Part shown: positions 62,785 to 64,000 of the stretch, one piece after another | How the letters are laid out: every line of letters starts with the position of its first letter | Position numbering within the stretch: position 1 is the first letter of the stretch | Assembly (NCBI GenBank): GCA_905182785.1 | Contig: CAJJDF010000016.1 | Coordinates: forward strand, 35,274 to 99,273 | From: an uncultured Flavobacteriales bacterium | GTDB lineage: Bacteria; Bacteroidota; Bacteroidia; Flavobacteriales_D; CAJJDF01 | Direction of reading: 5' to 3' | Length of the DNA: 64,000 bases | Made by a program: the position numbers and the translations under genes | The notes under the pieces: generated by a model | What the model was told of the DNA's origin: nothing | The model's database searches: none | Seen by the model: only the letters and a program-made list of their open reading frames with translations

Positions 62785-64000
62785 ATGAGATTTAATTTTA
62801 TATTAATAATAGTTCTAATATTTTTTACTAGTTTAACTCTTAAAAGTGCTCATATCGTAGGAGGTGAAATCACCTATAGATGTCTTGATAGTAATAGGTA
62901 TGAAATAACTTTAACCTTATTTAGAGATTGTAACGGTATATCATTTGCAAATGGTGCTCAAATAGGTTGTTTCAATGGAGGAACGGGTGCACTTGTAACC
63001 AGTACATATGTTCCCTTAGACACGTCTCAATTCGTTCCATTAAATGCTGTATCGCCTTGCTTGATAATACCTCCAGGAACTTGTCTTGAACAAGCTACTT
63101 ATATTGATACAGTTACACTGTTACCTGATACAAATGGATATGACATTTCTTTTTCTGTTTGTTGTAGGAGTAATGCAAGTAATAACATTACAATTCCAGG
63201 AGGCTTTTTTGGAGGTGCAGGAAGTTCTTTTCATACTCGTATTCCACCAAATGACACCTTGTGTAATAGCAGTCCTATATTTAATAGTTATCCACCTGTT
63301 GTATTGTGTATAAATGATCCAGTATATATAGATTATTCTGCTACAGACGCTGATGGTGATTCTCTTTCTTATGAATTTGTTACCCCTTATACAGGAGGTA
63401 ACAGTAGAAACCCAACTCCAAATCCATCGCCTCCTCCATACGGAGTTGTAAATTGGTCTGCGGGATTTAATGTAAACTATCAAGTTCCCTCTTCCCCAGC
63501 ATTCTCTTTAGACAGTGCAACCGGATTTTTAACTGGAAAACCCTCATCTCTAGGTAATTATGTAACAGGAGTTACAGTGAAAGAATATCGAAATGGGGTT
63601 TTAATAAATGAAACAAGAAGAGATTTCCTGATGATTATCGTAAACTGTTTACCAACATCTTCATCTATTGCTAATCCTGGAGTTATTTGTGATAGCTATA
63701 CTGTAACATTTGGAAATGGAAGTATCAGTACTCCGACAACTACTTATTTATGGGATTTTGGTGATACATCAACCTTACTTGATACTTCTACGTTATTTAA
63801 CCCTCAATATACTTATCCTGATACAGGCGTTTATATTGTAACATTAATCTCAGATCCCTACTCACCAGCATGTGCAGATACTTCCATCAGACAAATATTT
63901 GTATATCCATTAATAGGTCCTGCATTCACAAAACCTTTAAACCAATGTTTAATTGGGAATTCATTTGATTTTACAGCAGCAGGTATCTATTTTAATACTA
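62785..64000 (+). CDS. Large secreted PKD-domain protein (likely T9SS cargo), 5' part; absent from the ORF track because it has no stop in the window
   Basis: MRFNFILII...AHIVGGEITYRCL...FRDC, CCRSN, NSSP, DADGDSL, YLWDFGD. Confidence 0.85.
   Translation, partial: MRFNFILIIVLIFFTSLTLKSAHIVGGEITYRCLDSNRYEITLTLFRDCNGISFANGAQIGCFNGGTGALVTSTYVPLDTSQFVPLNAVSPCLIIPPGTCLEQATYIDTVTLLPDTNGYDISFSVCCRSNASNNITIPGGFFGGAGSSFHTRIPPNDTLCNSSPIFNSYPPVVLCINDPVYIDYSATDADGDSLSYEFVTPYTGGNSRNPTPNPSPPPYGVVNWSAGFNVNYQVPSSPAFSLDSATGFLTGKPSSLGNYVTGVTVKEYRNGVLINETRRDFLMIIVNCLPTSSSIANPGVICDSYTVTFGNGSISTPTTTYLWDFGDTSTLLDTSTLFNPQYTYPDTGVYIVTLISDPYSPACADTSIRQIFVYPLIGPAFTKPLNQCLIGNSFDFTAAGIYFNT

Noticed and set aside
63086-63483. 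ORFs 63086-63313 (+) and 63121-63483 (-)
   Set aside because: Alternative frames inside the real CDS starting at 62785

Overview
AT-rich chromosomal window from a Bacteroidota (probably Flavobacteriales) bacterium. The assignment rests on TAnnTTTG -7 promoters, several T9SS C-terminal sorting domains and the Bacteroidota gene order xerC-hpf-tRNAs-tuf-trpT-secE-nusG-rplKAJL-rpoBC-DUF3467. Most of the window is housekeeping (serC, mazG, recF, def, ruvX, pfkA, dnaK, pckA, arginase, alaS, 5 tRNAs). Accessory genes include an ECF sigma with a soluble zinc anti-sigma, an ArsM-like methyltransferase, an orphan HddA, a MOCOS-like PLP enzyme, an MbnP/MbnH copper pair and T9SS cargo. The most unusual signals are outside annotated genes. 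(1) A single lipoprotein gene has the architecture of an integron gene cassette (attC-like hairpin plus matching core site, 8646-9125), with no integron integrase in the window. (2) A dispersed REP-like hairpin family with covarying stems and a fixed GA...GA internal motif occurs at about 5.56, 14.76, 14.82 and 59.89 kb. (3) A decayed Cys-rich, Pro-Pro-ending ORF lies upstream of mbnP/mbnH. (4) tRNA-Gly(TCC) has a compensated A19:U56 elbow pair. (5) An Lpd-family flavoprotein lacks both catalytic cysteines but has a C-terminal CxxC. Several gene relics are also present. All calls come from reading motifs by eye; no database searches were run.
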